A stretch of DNA of 64,000 nt from the IMG/VR virus record IMGVR_UViG_3300002307_000001, positions 1-64,000 of that record. The stretch is one strand, 5' to 3'. The position numbers and the translations under genes were made by a program. This stretch comes from a virus. The notes below the pieces were generated by a model. The model was not told the origin of the DNA, did not search any database, and saw only the letters and a program-made list of their open reading frames with translations. Positions 19,431-28,284 of the stretch are shown here, piece by piece (position 1 is the first letter of the stretch; the number at the start of each line of letters is the position of its first letter).

Positions 19431-19666
19431 CAGATAGGTATATAAATAAGTTGGTTCATAAACTAATTAATAAAAAATGTAAGGAATTAATAGATGATAG
19501 TAAGGTAAAAGTACAGAACTGGCAAGAAATGTTAAGTAAAATAGATAATATACCACTAGTAAATGTTCAAGATGACGATACTTGGTGGGTACAAGATGGT
19601 TACTTACACGGTACTGGTAAATATATACCAATTATAGAAAAACTAATAAAAGAACAAGAACAATAA
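19427..19666 (+). CDS. hypothetical protein
   Basis: 79 aa ORF, ATGA-coupled. Confidence 0.6.
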   Translation: MTDRYINKLVHKLINKKCKELIDDSKVKVQNWQEMLSKIDNIPLVNVQDDDTWWVQDGYLHGTGKYIPIIEKLIKEQEQ

Positions 19667-19674
19667 CTGATAAT

Positions 19675-19869
19675 ATGGTAACACAACTGACAATAACCAT
19701 CAATGTAAGTACTGAAGTAGCCGGAGATGCATATGACCATATCAAAAAGGCCATGGAAGAAATATTGAATAGCATAGATGATCAAAATGAAGAAAACTAT
19801 GAATCATCAGGAACTATAGAAGAAGATGGATGGGAAAAACAATGGGAATATAAAATGATACAAATATGA
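19675..19869 (+). CDS. hypothetical protein
   Basis: 64 aa acidic ORF. Confidence 0.6.
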   Translation: MVTQLTITINVSTEVAGDAYDHIKKAMEEILNSIDDQNEENYESSGTIEEDGWEKQWEYKMIQI

Positions 19870-20075
19870 AACTATACCAGATACTAGGAGAAGAAGATGA
19901 CGAAATAGGACTAATATACACAGACACATCTGCAGATGTAGTAAAAGCAATGTGGAGTAAGATATACAGTGAAGATGAGCCGGAAGATGGCAGCTACATG
20001 GAAGTGTTAGAAGAAAAACTATCAGAGAAATACCAGACACAGATAATATACATAGAAAGTTATATAAAACCATAA
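19866..20075 (+). CDS. hypothetical protein
   Basis: 69 aa acidic ORF. Confidence 0.6.
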   Translation: MKLYQILGEEDDEIGLIYTDTSADVVKAMWSKIYSEDEPEDGSYMEVLEEKLSEKYQTQIIYIESYIKP

Positions 20076-20300
20076 AACGACAAACAATGAAGAAGGAACT
20101 ACAAAAGAAAATTACTTACTGGGAAGGGCAATTAAAGAAATTTACAAAGACATATATAGCAGACATGAAACGTACTTCAAGAGATCTGGTTATGATGGCT
20201 CAAACTCGTATTCAGGTATATGAAGAACTAATGCAGACGATAAAAGACTAAATGAAAAAGTGGATAGTAAAACATCATGAAGGAAAAGAATATGGAATAT

Positions 20301-20331
20301 ATAACCAGGATACAATATCCTGGTTATTTTT
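20301..20331 (+). terminator. terminator-like hairpin
   Basis: Perfect 12 bp inverted repeat ATAACCAGGATA/TATCCTGGTTAT followed by a T run. Lies inside a possible 49 aa ORF (20252-20401). Confidence 0.55.
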
Positions 20332-20385
20332 CTCTTTCTCAGTAGTGAAATTAAGAAAATGTGTTAATCTATTAAAAAGACAAAA

Positions 20386-21096
20386 ATGGAACAAGAAATA
20401 GAATATAGAGGATATAAAATACAAATACATTACGATCAGAGTGCAGAAAATCCTAGAACATTGTATGATAACTACGGGGTTATGTGCTGTTGGCATAGTA
20501 GATACAATCTAGGAGATAGTGAAAGCTGGAAAGATAGTAGTGGAAAAAGGAAAAGCAAACAGTTGAGTGATAACTACCAGGAACCAATAGATCTACTATA
20601 TGAACTAGCAGGTATAGATAGAAATGAATACCAAGAGCAGGAATATGAAAAAATCGGTAAGTGGGACGATATGTCATATGAAGATCTGTACACTAAGATA
20701 GAAGAAAAAGGTACTATTATATCACCACTTTACCTATATGATCATTCAGGTATTACGATATCTATGGGGTCATTTGGATGTAGATTTGATAGTGGGCAAG
20801 TGGGCTACATATACATGACTAAAGAAACTATAGAGAAAGAGGAATGGACACCTGAACAAGCTATGAAATATATGGAAGGTGGGGTAGAAGTATATGACAA
20901 TTACCTAACCGGTGAAGTGTATGGGTGGGTAGTAGAAGACGCAGATGAAGATGAAATAGATAGATGTAGTGGATATTATGGAGATGAGGGTGTAAAAGAT
21001 GCCATTGCAGAGGCCAAGTCAACTATTGACAAGTTAGTTGAAAATAAACACAAGAAAGATTTATTATTAGGTATTCAAATAGAATTAGCAATATGA
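20386..21096 (+). CDS. conserved phage hypothetical protein
   Basis: PLYLYDHSGITIS...DSGQVG and YL.GEVYG..C.GYYG motifs typical of a phage/MGE family. Confidence 0.7.
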   Translation: MEQEIEYRGYKIQIHYDQSAENPRTLYDNYGVMCCWHSRYNLGDSESWKDSSGKRKSKQLSDNYQEPIDLLYELAGIDRNEYQEQEYEKIGKWDDMSYEDLYTKIEEKGTIISPLYLYDHSGITISMGSFGCRFDSGQVGYIYMTKETIEKEEWTPEQAMKYMEGGVEVYDNYLTGEVYGWVVEDADEDEIDRCSGYYGDEGVKDAIAEAKSTIDKLVENKHKKDLLLGIQIELAI

Positions 21097-21361
21097 GCAC
21101 AAAAACAAAAACTAAGAGAGTAAAGCAGGTATTTGGTAACATGTCTGAGATTGCACACATCTTTGCTAATGAACCAGGTAGAGATTGTAGGTTTGGTAGT
21201 GGAGATGTGGGGCAGAAGATGTACCTGTATACGATGTTAATGATGATGAAAGTAGAGCAGAGTTCTGGAGAGAATATACAGGGTTAGTAGGTAAAGGGAA
21301 TACACCTAACGATGCCCTGATTAATCTAAATGAAGAAATAAATAAAAGATATGGAAAATAA
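21093..21361 (+). pseudogene. chimeric or frameshifted remnant
   Basis: ORF 21093-21287 overlaps a start-less protein-like frame 21200-21361 (..GKGNTPNDALINL..). Confidence 0.45.
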
Positions 21362-21803
21362 GAAAGTTATCCTCGCCATAGATCAGGCAAGCCATTGTGG
21401 TTGGGCACTAAGCAAAGACCTATATGGTGTGTGGGACCTGACAACCAAGAAAGACGAGGACATGGGTATGAAGCTCATTAGGTTCCGTAACAAGCTAAAA
21501 GAGGTATGTGCATCTGAAGGAGTGAATATGATAGTATATGAACGTGTAGCAGGTATGCATACAGCCTCTATAATACATGCAGCTAAGATGGTAGCAATAA
21601 TAGAAACATTCTGTGCAGAAAATGGGATAAACTATACAGCATTCTCAGCTCAGGAAGTTAAGAAATTTGCTACCGGTAAAGGAAATGCCAATAAAGAAGC
21701 AATGGTGAAAGCAGCCCAGGAACAATATGGGTATCCAGGTACAGATGATAATATAGCTGATGCCCTACATATCTGGCATCTGGCTGTTAAAAATTTTCAA
21801 TAA
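21351..21803 (+). CDS. RuvC-like Holliday junction resolvase
   Basis: ILAIDQA...G, IVYE, VKKFATGKGNANK, DDNIADA. Confidence 0.88.
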   Translation: MENKKVILAIDQASHCGWALSKDLYGVWDLTTKKDEDMGMKLIRFRNKLKEVCASEGVNMIVYERVAGMHTASIIHAAKMVAIIETFCAENGINYTAFSAQEVKKFATGKGNANKEAMVKAAQEQYGYPGTDDNIADALHIWHLAVKNFQ

Positions 21804-21821
21804 TAAACAATAAATAAACAA

Positions 21822-22931
21822 ATGAATCTCGAAAAACGCACAATAATAACAGAAGTAAGTGAAAGAGAGTATAGGAAATTGACTCAGCGTATAAGTTCAA
21901 GTGATATACGTACATTCCTACAATCACGTAAGAAGTTCTACAAGACAGTAATATTACAGGAAAGGGCACCTAATGATGATACAGTATCAACTATATTAGG
22001 TTCTATAGCTGACTGTATACTCACCTGTCCAGATATGATGGATGATAAATTCCAAATTAGCACAAGCGGTATCCCAGCTGGTCAAATGGGAGAATTATGT
22101 GAAACACTGTTCAAAAGAGCAATGAAGAGTATAGATGCAGATGGGGTACAGAAGGATCAGTTCGAAACTATATTCACAGATGCAGTCAACTCTGTAAAAT
22201 ATGACGGAAATTTAGTTGAAGTAAAATTCAAAGGTAAAAGTCTGGAAAAGATATTACAGATGTTCACAGAGCCGGATAAAGACGGAGTGATACCTGAGCT
22301 ATATTATAAAGAGAAACTGGCTAGTATAGGTAAAACAGTAGTATCAGTAAATATGATGCAAAGTGGTGAAAAACATGCCAATGATCTCAAAGAAAGCAGG
22401 TATACAGCTGATATAATCAATGTACAAACATCTGGTAATGTAGAAGTGTTCTATCAGTTAGTAGTACTATTCACGTATAAGGATGTACAGATGAGAGGAA
22501 TGCTCGACAAAACCATCGTGGACCATGATAAAAAGACAATTCAGCCAATTGACATAAAGACGACCTACGATAATGAGGGGTTCGATAGAAGCTATCTGAA
22601 GGGATTATACATCCAAGCAGCTGTGTACGATGCAGCCCTAAACAAGTGGGCCAAAGAGCATGATCTGATGGGGTATGAGATATTGCCAATTAAGTACCCG
22701 GTAGCCGACACTGCTAATGAGAATATGCCATTAACGTACCAACTGACTACAGAAGATATTAAGAAAGCATATACAGGATTCAAACTAAAAGGCAGCAATA
22801 GGTTCTATAAAGGATTAGATCAGTGTATTGAGGAAATTAAGTGGCACAGTGAAACTGGAGAATGGCGCATAAGTAGAGAAGCATATAAGAATGATGGTAA
22901 ATTATTTATGGAATTTGAGTACCAAAACTAA
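21822..22931 (+). CDS. PD-(D/E)XK exonuclease (RecB/ExoVIII-like)
   Basis: ISSS.I, LGS..D, RGMLD, IDIKTT, Y.QAA.Y. Confidence 0.8.
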   Translation: MNLEKRTIITEVSEREYRKLTQRISSSDIRTFLQSRKKFYKTVILQERAPNDDTVSTILGSIADCILTCPDMMDDKFQISTSGIPAGQMGELCETLFKRAMKSIDADGVQKDQFETIFTDAVNSVKYDGNLVEVKFKGKSLEKILQMFTEPDKDGVIPELYYKEKLASIGKTVVSVNMMQSGEKHANDLKESRYTADIINVQTSGNVEVFYQLVVLFTYKDVQMRGMLDKTIVDHDKKTIQPIDIKTTYDNEGFDRSYLKGLYIQAAVYDAALNKWAKEHDLMGYEILPIKYPVADTANENMPLTYQLTTEDIKKAYTGFKLKGSNRFYKGLDQCIEEIKWHSETGEWRISREAYKNDGKLFMEFEYQN

Positions 22932-22941
22932 AACTATAACA

Positions 22942-23016
22942 ATGATAAATAAGAAAATGATCACACAGCTGGAACAGATAACACCGGCAATAGCATCAGA
23001 GATATTAGCTAACTAA
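22942..23016 (+). pseudogene. 24 aa gene remnant upstream of an HNH gene
   Basis: MINKKMITQLEQITPAIASEILAN-stop. Confidence 0.35.
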
Positions 23017-23029
23017 ATAAAACAACAAT

Positions 23030-23518
23030 ATGAAAAAGGGTTATAACAAACAAAATCCAGGAGCCTGTATAACATACCATAATAAAAGTAAAGTACCAGA
23101 ACACGGTATATGGAGGGGAATGCAACAAAGATGTTATAACCCTAAAAGAGTTAAGTATGCCATATATGGGGCAAAAGGTATAAAGATGTGTGATAGGTGG
23201 TTAGAAAAAGAAGGAAAAGGTTTTATGAACTTTCTAAGTGATATGGGTAGTAGACCAAGTAAAGATCATAGTGTAGAAAGAAAAGATAATGATGGTGACT
23301 ATACTCCGGATAACTGTAAGTGGGCTACTAGAAAAGAACAATGTAGAAATAGAACTACTACTAGATATGTGGAATATAAAGGAGAAAGAAAAAGTCTAGC
23401 AGAATGGGCAGAAGAAGTAGGAATAAAATATGCAACATTAATGGCAAGATTAAAAACTGGATGGGGTATTGATAGGATGATGACGCAAAAAAGTAGAATA
23501 TTTAAAAAAAGAAGTTAG
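23030..23518 (+). CDS. HNH-type homing endonuclease
   Basis: W..M.QRC.NP...Y..YG.KGI..C.RW, DMG.RP, SVERKDNDGDY.P.NC.WAT...Q..N, and a C-terminal HTH. Confidence 0.85.
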   Translation: MKKGYNKQNPGACITYHNKSKVPEHGIWRGMQQRCYNPKRVKYAIYGAKGIKMCDRWLEKEGKGFMNFLSDMGSRPSKDHSVERKDNDGDYTPDNCKWATRKEQCRNRTTTRYVEYKGERKSLAEWAEEVGIKYATLMARLKTGWGIDRMMTQKSRIFKKRS

Positions 23519-23638
23519 AAAGTCCAAAGAATAAAGAGCTGGTATTATCTAGTACCTATGCTCTTGTTATTGTTATAATCAGTAAATTGTAAAACAAAAA
23601 TAATCAGATGGCAGCTAGGTAATATCAGCTAATTGTAG

Positions 23639-23769
23639 TACATTCGTGTTGCTTATCAGTTATTATCATTCAATGTATTATTACAACCATTTAAAATATA
23701 AGATCCTAGTGCACAGATGCAGTTCCCTTCTTTATGAAGTAACTGATAAGCCTTCTGTGCACTAGGGTT
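23639..23769 (+). promoter_or_regulatory. promoter plus structured RNA-switch leader of the NUMOD4/DUF559 nuclease gene
   Basis: TACATTCG at 23639-46; 16 bp stem 23702-17/23754-69; 23651-69 is complementary to loop segment 23734-51. Confidence 0.68.
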
Positions 23770-23779
23770 ATTTCATTTT

Positions 23780-25084
23780 ATGGAAAATCAAGAAGAAATA
23801 TGGAAAGATATACCAGGGTATGAAAATTTATACCAAGCTAGTAATACAGGTAAAATTAAAAGATTACCCAGAATAGATATAAGTAGTACTGGGAGAAAAA
23901 CATCTGTTGAAGAAAAATTATTAATTTTTTCTCCTTCATGTAAGGATAAAGATTATAATGCAAGATTATATAGAAGTCCTACAGATGCAAAATATTTTAA
24001 AGTATCACGATTAATGTTATTAACATTTAAACCAACTCAAGGAAGTCATAATTATATTGCAAAAAGATATAATAAAGATAAATTAGACAATCATATAGAA
24101 AATCTATATTGGCACATAGTACCGGATACAGATACAAGGTTTTCAGTAGCTGAAATATATACTCAGAAAGAAATTTCCTATATAAGAGAAAATATGGATG
24201 AATTAAGTATTAAAGAAATTGCTATAAATCTAAATAGATCTCCTCATGGAATAAGAGAAAAGTTAAAAAGAGAAGGATTTTCTAAAAAAATATGTCATAC
24301 AGATGGTTGGAAAAAGAAAGATATAGAAATACTAAAAGAATATGCAGGAAAAATATCACACGAAGATATAGGAAAACTACTGAATAAAACACAAGGAGCT
24401 GTATCAGCAAAAGCTCATAAGTTAAAAATAAATAGTAGTGCAAGAAAAGGAACAAGAGAGGATAACTGGACTGCAAATGAATTAAAAATTTTAAAAAATT
24501 ATTACCCTGTAGAAGGTCCTTCTAAATTATCAAGATTATTACCAGGAAGAACTAAGCAAGGAATTACATTGAAAGCTCGTAGTATAGGGGTAGTAACAGA
24601 AAAAATGTGGACTAATGATGAATTAGAATTTCTTAAAAATAATTATCCAAAACTTACTTGTTATCAAATAGGAAAAATATTAAAAAGAAGTACTGTAGGT
24701 ATAAATAAAAAAAGATTAAAGTTAAAATTAAATGTAAAAAAGAAAAACAAAATCACTTTGCCAGAAAGTGTAATAATGGAATTTCTAAAAGAATCTAAAA
24801 TATTATATGATTTTCAATATAAAGTAGGTAGGTATATAACTGATTTTCGTATTAAAAACACTAATATTATAATAGAAGTTCAAGGAGATTATTGGCATGG
24901 TAACACTAATGTATATAAAAAATTAAGATCGTTTCAAGTTACAAAAATAGAAAAAGATAAGTTGAGAAAAGAGTTTATACAAAGTCAAGGTTATCAAGTA
25001 ATAGAAATATGGGAACAAGAAATTATTAAAGAATTGGATATTGTAAAAAATAAAATAAAAACTATAATAAATGGCAAAGGCTAA
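23780..25084 (+). CDS. NUMOD4 + degenerate HNH + tandem Trp-led helical repeats + DUF559/Vsr-like endonuclease
   Basis: EIWKDIPGYENLYQASNTG; repeated WT..E...LK..Y units; DF..EVQGDYWHG..D..R..GY.V.EIWE. Confidence 0.82.
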   Translation: MENQEEIWKDIPGYENLYQASNTGKIKRLPRIDISSTGRKTSVEEKLLIFSPSCKDKDYNARLYRSPTDAKYFKVSRLMLLTFKPTQGSHNYIAKRYNKDKLDNHIENLYWHIVPDTDTRFSVAEIYTQKEISYIRENMDELSIKEIAINLNRSPHGIREKLKREGFSKKICHTDGWKKKDIEILKEYAGKISHEDIGKLLNKTQGAVSAKAHKLKINSSARKGTREDNWTANELKILKNYYPVEGPSKLSRLLPGRTKQGITLKARSIGVVTEKMWTNDELEFLKNNYPKLTCYQIGKILKRSTVGINKKRLKLKLNVKKKNKITLPESVIMEFLKESKILYDFQYKVGRYITDFRIKNTNIIIEVQGDYWHGNTNVYKKLRSFQVTKIEKDKLRKEFIQSQGYQVIEIWEQEIIKELDIVKNKIKTIINGKG

Positions 25085-26108
25085 AAATCAAGAAGAGTCA
25101 ACAGATAAATTAGTGAATTTAGAACTAAAGTACGGGCGAGGAAGTATTATAAAAGCTAATACAATAGAGCATGTAAAAGAATACATACCAACTGGTTCAT
25201 TGACCTTAGACCTAGCTATAGGTGAGGGTAAAGGAATACCAAAAGAAGGTAAAATAACACATATAGTAGGGCAACCAAGTGCTAGTAAGACAACTTTATC
25301 TCTACATATTATAGCAGAAGAGCAGAAGAAAGATAAAGACCTGTTAGCCGCTTTCCTAGATATTGAGGGCACATTAATGTTAGATTATGCAGAATCAATA
25401 GGTTGTGACCTGTCACGACTATGGATAGTTGATGTAAAAGTGCTAATGAAGAAGAAAAAAGCAGAAGATATACAAGGGGTATCGGGGGAAGAATGGCTAG
25501 ATATCCTATGTGATATGATAAGTACTGATAAATTCGGAGTAATCGTATTAGACAGTATAGCGGAATTATGTCCTATGATGGAACTTAGTGCAGGGCAAAC
25601 TCAAGGTAGTATAGCAGGTATAGGAAGAATGATGAGTAAGTCATTGAGGAGTATTACAGCTAGGTTATTACCTACTAATACAGGGTTAGTAATGCTAAAT
25701 CAATACCGTATGTCACCAGGTAAATATGGTAATCCATATATAGAAGCTGCCGGTGAAGCAATGAGATACTATACCGCATTGAAGATAGAACTATCAGCTA
25801 CACCTGTAAAGGATGATGGAGAGATAATGGGTATTGATGTAAAAGCAAAGATAACAAAGTCGAAAATTGGAAATCCTTTTGGTGAAGGTAGCTATTATGT
25901 CCTATTTGGAAAAGGTATTCAGCGTATAAATGAAATACTCACACTAGCTGAAGAGCTGAAGATATTCACAAAGACAGGTAGCTGGTATGTATATGGTGAA
26001 GAAAAGATGAGCAATGGGTTCGACAATATGCTCCAGTTTATGAAGGATAATAGTGAGTTCAGTCTAGAGATAGAGAATAAAGTACTAGAAGCACTTAAAG
26101 TAAATTAG
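25071..26108 (+). CDS. recA: RecA recombinase
   Basis: IPTGSL.LDLAIG, GQPSASKTT, DIEG, VLDSI, R.MS..LR, NQ.R, GSWY.YG. Confidence 0.93.
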   Translation: MAKAKNQEESTDKLVNLELKYGRGSIIKANTIEHVKEYIPTGSLTLDLAIGEGKGIPKEGKITHIVGQPSASKTTLSLHIIAEEQKKDKDLLAAFLDIEGTLMLDYAESIGCDLSRLWIVDVKVLMKKKKAEDIQGVSGEEWLDILCDMISTDKFGVIVLDSIAELCPMMELSAGQTQGSIAGIGRMMSKSLRSITARLLPTNTGLVMLNQYRMSPGKYGNPYIEAAGEAMRYYTALKIELSATPVKDDGEIMGIDVKAKITKSKIGNPFGEGSYYVLFGKGIQRINEILTLAEELKIFTKTGSWYVYGEEKMSNGFDNMLQFMKDNSEFSLEIENKVLEALKVN

Positions 26109-26112
26109 AGAT

Positions 26113-26520
26113 ATGAAACAATACGTAAATCGTAACCAAGCAGAGAAATTAAAAGCACTGGGATATCATGAACCATGTAACTGGTATTATGTAATAGAAA
26201 GTAAAGAAGGAGAAGATATACCAGATGGTAAGTTAAAGTCACCGGTAATGGAGTTTGACTATAATAAGAATCGTAGAACAGTATCATGTCCAGATGTAGA
26301 TGATGTATGTAACTGGTTCCGGGTAGTTCATAAGGTGTATATAGCAATAGATCCTCAGGATAATTTCAGTGCATGGGATCTAATTATTCGAAAGTATGAT
26401 GAGGACTATGATGAAAATTATGATACTGCGTACTACTATATAGGAAAGTTCCTAACCTACGATATAGCTATGAATACAGGTATAGACAATATAGTGAACG
26501 GGCTAACTGAAAATAAATAA
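26113..26520 (+). CDS. hypothetical protein
   Basis: YV...QA..LK.LG, P....V..WFR..H pattern common in Bacteroidota phages. Confidence 0.7.
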   Translation: MKQYVNRNQAEKLKALGYHEPCNWYYVIESKEGEDIPDGKLKSPVMEFDYNKNRRTVSCPDVDDVCNWFRVVHKVYIAIDPQDNFSAWDLIIRKYDEDYDENYDTAYYYIGKFLTYDIAMNTGIDNIVNGLTENK

Positions 26521-26526
26521 CCAGAT

Positions 26527-26733
26527 ATGACAATAGAAGCAATAAAAGAAGCAGAAATGTTAGCTGCTGCATCAGGTATGAAAGTATCCACAACTGTAGG
26601 TGACCGGATGATAGTAGCACTACTAGAAACCTGTAAAGAACAACAGGAACTAATCCTACAGCTGCAAAGAGACAATATAGAGAACCTGAGTAGGATAAAA
26701 AAACTAGAACAAGGTAATTGGACAAATGGATAA
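26527..26733 (+). CDS. hypothetical protein
   Basis: 68 aa coiled-coil ORF. Confidence 0.6.
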   Translation: MTIEAIKEAEMLAAASGMKVSTTVGDRMIVALLETCKEQQELILQLQRDNIENLSRIKKLEQGNWTNG

Positions 26734-26881
26734 GGTATGGAAAAGACAGTAACAGATAGGTTAATAGAAGTAGTAGATAGTCTAAATACGTCAGTTGGGG
26801 AGTTAAGTGAGATAGTACATAATCAACGAAAAGATATAGATAAACTGCAACTGCAGGTAGAGCAATTAAAGAACGTATACT

Positions 26882-27070
26882 ATGGAGATAAATAATGATC
26901 CAGATACGGTAATAGGGATATTCCAAGGACTAAGTATAGGTAAGTGCGTCAGGGTCAGCTGTTGGTACTTGTGGTGGCCTAGAATCGCTATTGTATACCA
27001 TAACATGTTGGAGAGAGGTATATTGCCGATAGATGCATATAAGAAGTTGAGACAAAAACAAAACAAATAG
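26882..27070 (+). CDS. hypothetical protein
   Basis: 62 aa ORF. Confidence 0.55.
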   Translation: MEINNDPDTVIGIFQGLSIGKCVRVSCWYLWWPRIAIVYHNMLERGILPIDAYKKLRQKQNK

Positions 27071-27074
27071 AGAT

Positions 27075-27515
27075 ATGACAGAAGCAGATGAAAGAGACTT
27101 GATAAAGTTCTACCAGAAAGAGTTCAAGTTAAAAACCAATAAAACTCTAGTATGTATAGTAAAGAATCCTGAAGCAACAAAGAAGAAAGATACCGCAGAG
27201 TATAAGCATCTGTACATAAACAATGTTATAGAGTTTGCATCTGAGTACTTTGATGTACCTGTACATGAAATAAAAGCCCAAAGTAGAAAGAGAGAAGTAA
27301 TAAGATGGAGACAAATGATAGCTAAGGAGTTTAGAGAAAAGGGGTGCAGCTACAACAACATAGCAACCAGGTTAGGAGGATTTCATCATGCAACTATTAT
27401 AAACTCAATGACACAGTTTAAAATGGCAATGAAGACAGATGAAAATTATAAAGACACCTACCTGAAATTTAAAAGCTATTGTGAAAATAAAATGAAAGAA
27501 ATACAAAACAAATAA
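27075..27515 (+). CDS. stand-alone DnaA C-terminal (domain IV) HTH protein
   Basis: I...SRKRE.I..RQM, S...IA..LGG..HATII.S. Confidence 0.78.
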   Translation: MTEADERDLIKFYQKEFKLKTNKTLVCIVKNPEATKKKDTAEYKHLYINNVIEFASEYFDVPVHEIKAQSRKREVIRWRQMIAKEFREKGCSYNNIATRLGGFHHATIINSMTQFKMAMKTDENYKDTYLKFKSYCENKMKEIQNK

Positions 27516-27517
27516 AT

Positions 27518-27973
27518 ATGCAAAAACAGATAGAACAAATCAAGGAGTTCCAGAAAACATTCGGTTGTGGGGTATTAGACAAACCAACTGTACCAGATGC
27601 GGATATGATAATACTTCGCAATAACCTGATAAAAGAGGAAGTAAAAGAACTGTATGAAGCATCTATAGCCGGAGATATAGTAGAGTGTGCAGATGCAATA
27701 ACTGATATACTCTATGTGTTACTGGGAACTGCATGTGAATATGGGCTAGTGGATAAGGTGGAAGAACTGTTCAATCAGGTGCACCTGAATAACATGGGCA
27801 AGGTACATCCAGATGGTACAGTAAAACGTAGAGAAGATGGAAAAATACTCAAGCCAGAGGGATTCCAGAAAGTAGAACTAGATCACATAGTGTTCAGTGA
27901 AGATAAAGCACTAATAAGGAATCTGCAGGTAGAAAGAGAGATATTAGAATCTGCACCTGGAAATAACAAATAA
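27518..27973 (+). CDS. MazG-like NTP pyrophosphohydrolase (all-alpha, dUTPase-like)
   Basis: EEVKEL, ECADAITDILYV, VH..NM.K, REDGKILKP. Confidence 0.85.
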   Translation: MQKQIEQIKEFQKTFGCGVLDKPTVPDADMIILRNNLIKEEVKELYEASIAGDIVECADAITDILYVLLGTACEYGLVDKVEELFNQVHLNNMGKVHPDGTVKRREDGKILKPEGFQKVELDHIVFSEDKALIRNLQVEREILESAPGNNK

Positions 27974-28020
27974 ATTATTTCATCCTTCACCTGTAGGGAA
28001 ATATAAGACACATAAAGAGC

Positions 28021-28056
28021 ACCAGATAGACTAACAACTTATCTGGTATTTTCTTT
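28021..28056 (+). terminator. putative intrinsic terminator
   Basis: ACCAGATA/TATCTGGT stem followed by ATTTTCTTT. Confidence 0.5.
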
Positions 28057-28130
28057 GCATCTGGGGTGATAAATCAACTAATAGAAATAGAGTAGTAATG
28101 ATAGATAGAAGAGTGAAAATGGCTAAGTAG

Positions 28131-28279
28131 CTGATAATCAGTAAGTTAGATACAAAAGAGGTGTAGGTAAATGTACATAGTGGTGTATAAATACCTACAC
28201 CTTCCTGTATATATAGATACAAGTCACAAAATAAAGTTACTAAAAAGTTAGATAAAATGAATAAAGTCACGTAACTTTG
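28131..28279 (+). promoter_or_regulatory. palindromes, AAAGTYAC repeats and TAACTTTG promoter upstream of the second RepL-like gene
   Basis: CTGATAATCAG; inverted repeat GGTGTAGGTA/TACCTACACC; -7 element at 28272-79. Confidence 0.55.
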
Positions 28280-28284
28280 TTACC

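Noticed and set aside
21822-22931. Cas4 or other CRISPR-associated nuclease
   Set aside because: It lacks the four-Cys Fe-S pattern and any cas context, and fits an ordinary phage recombination exonuclease.
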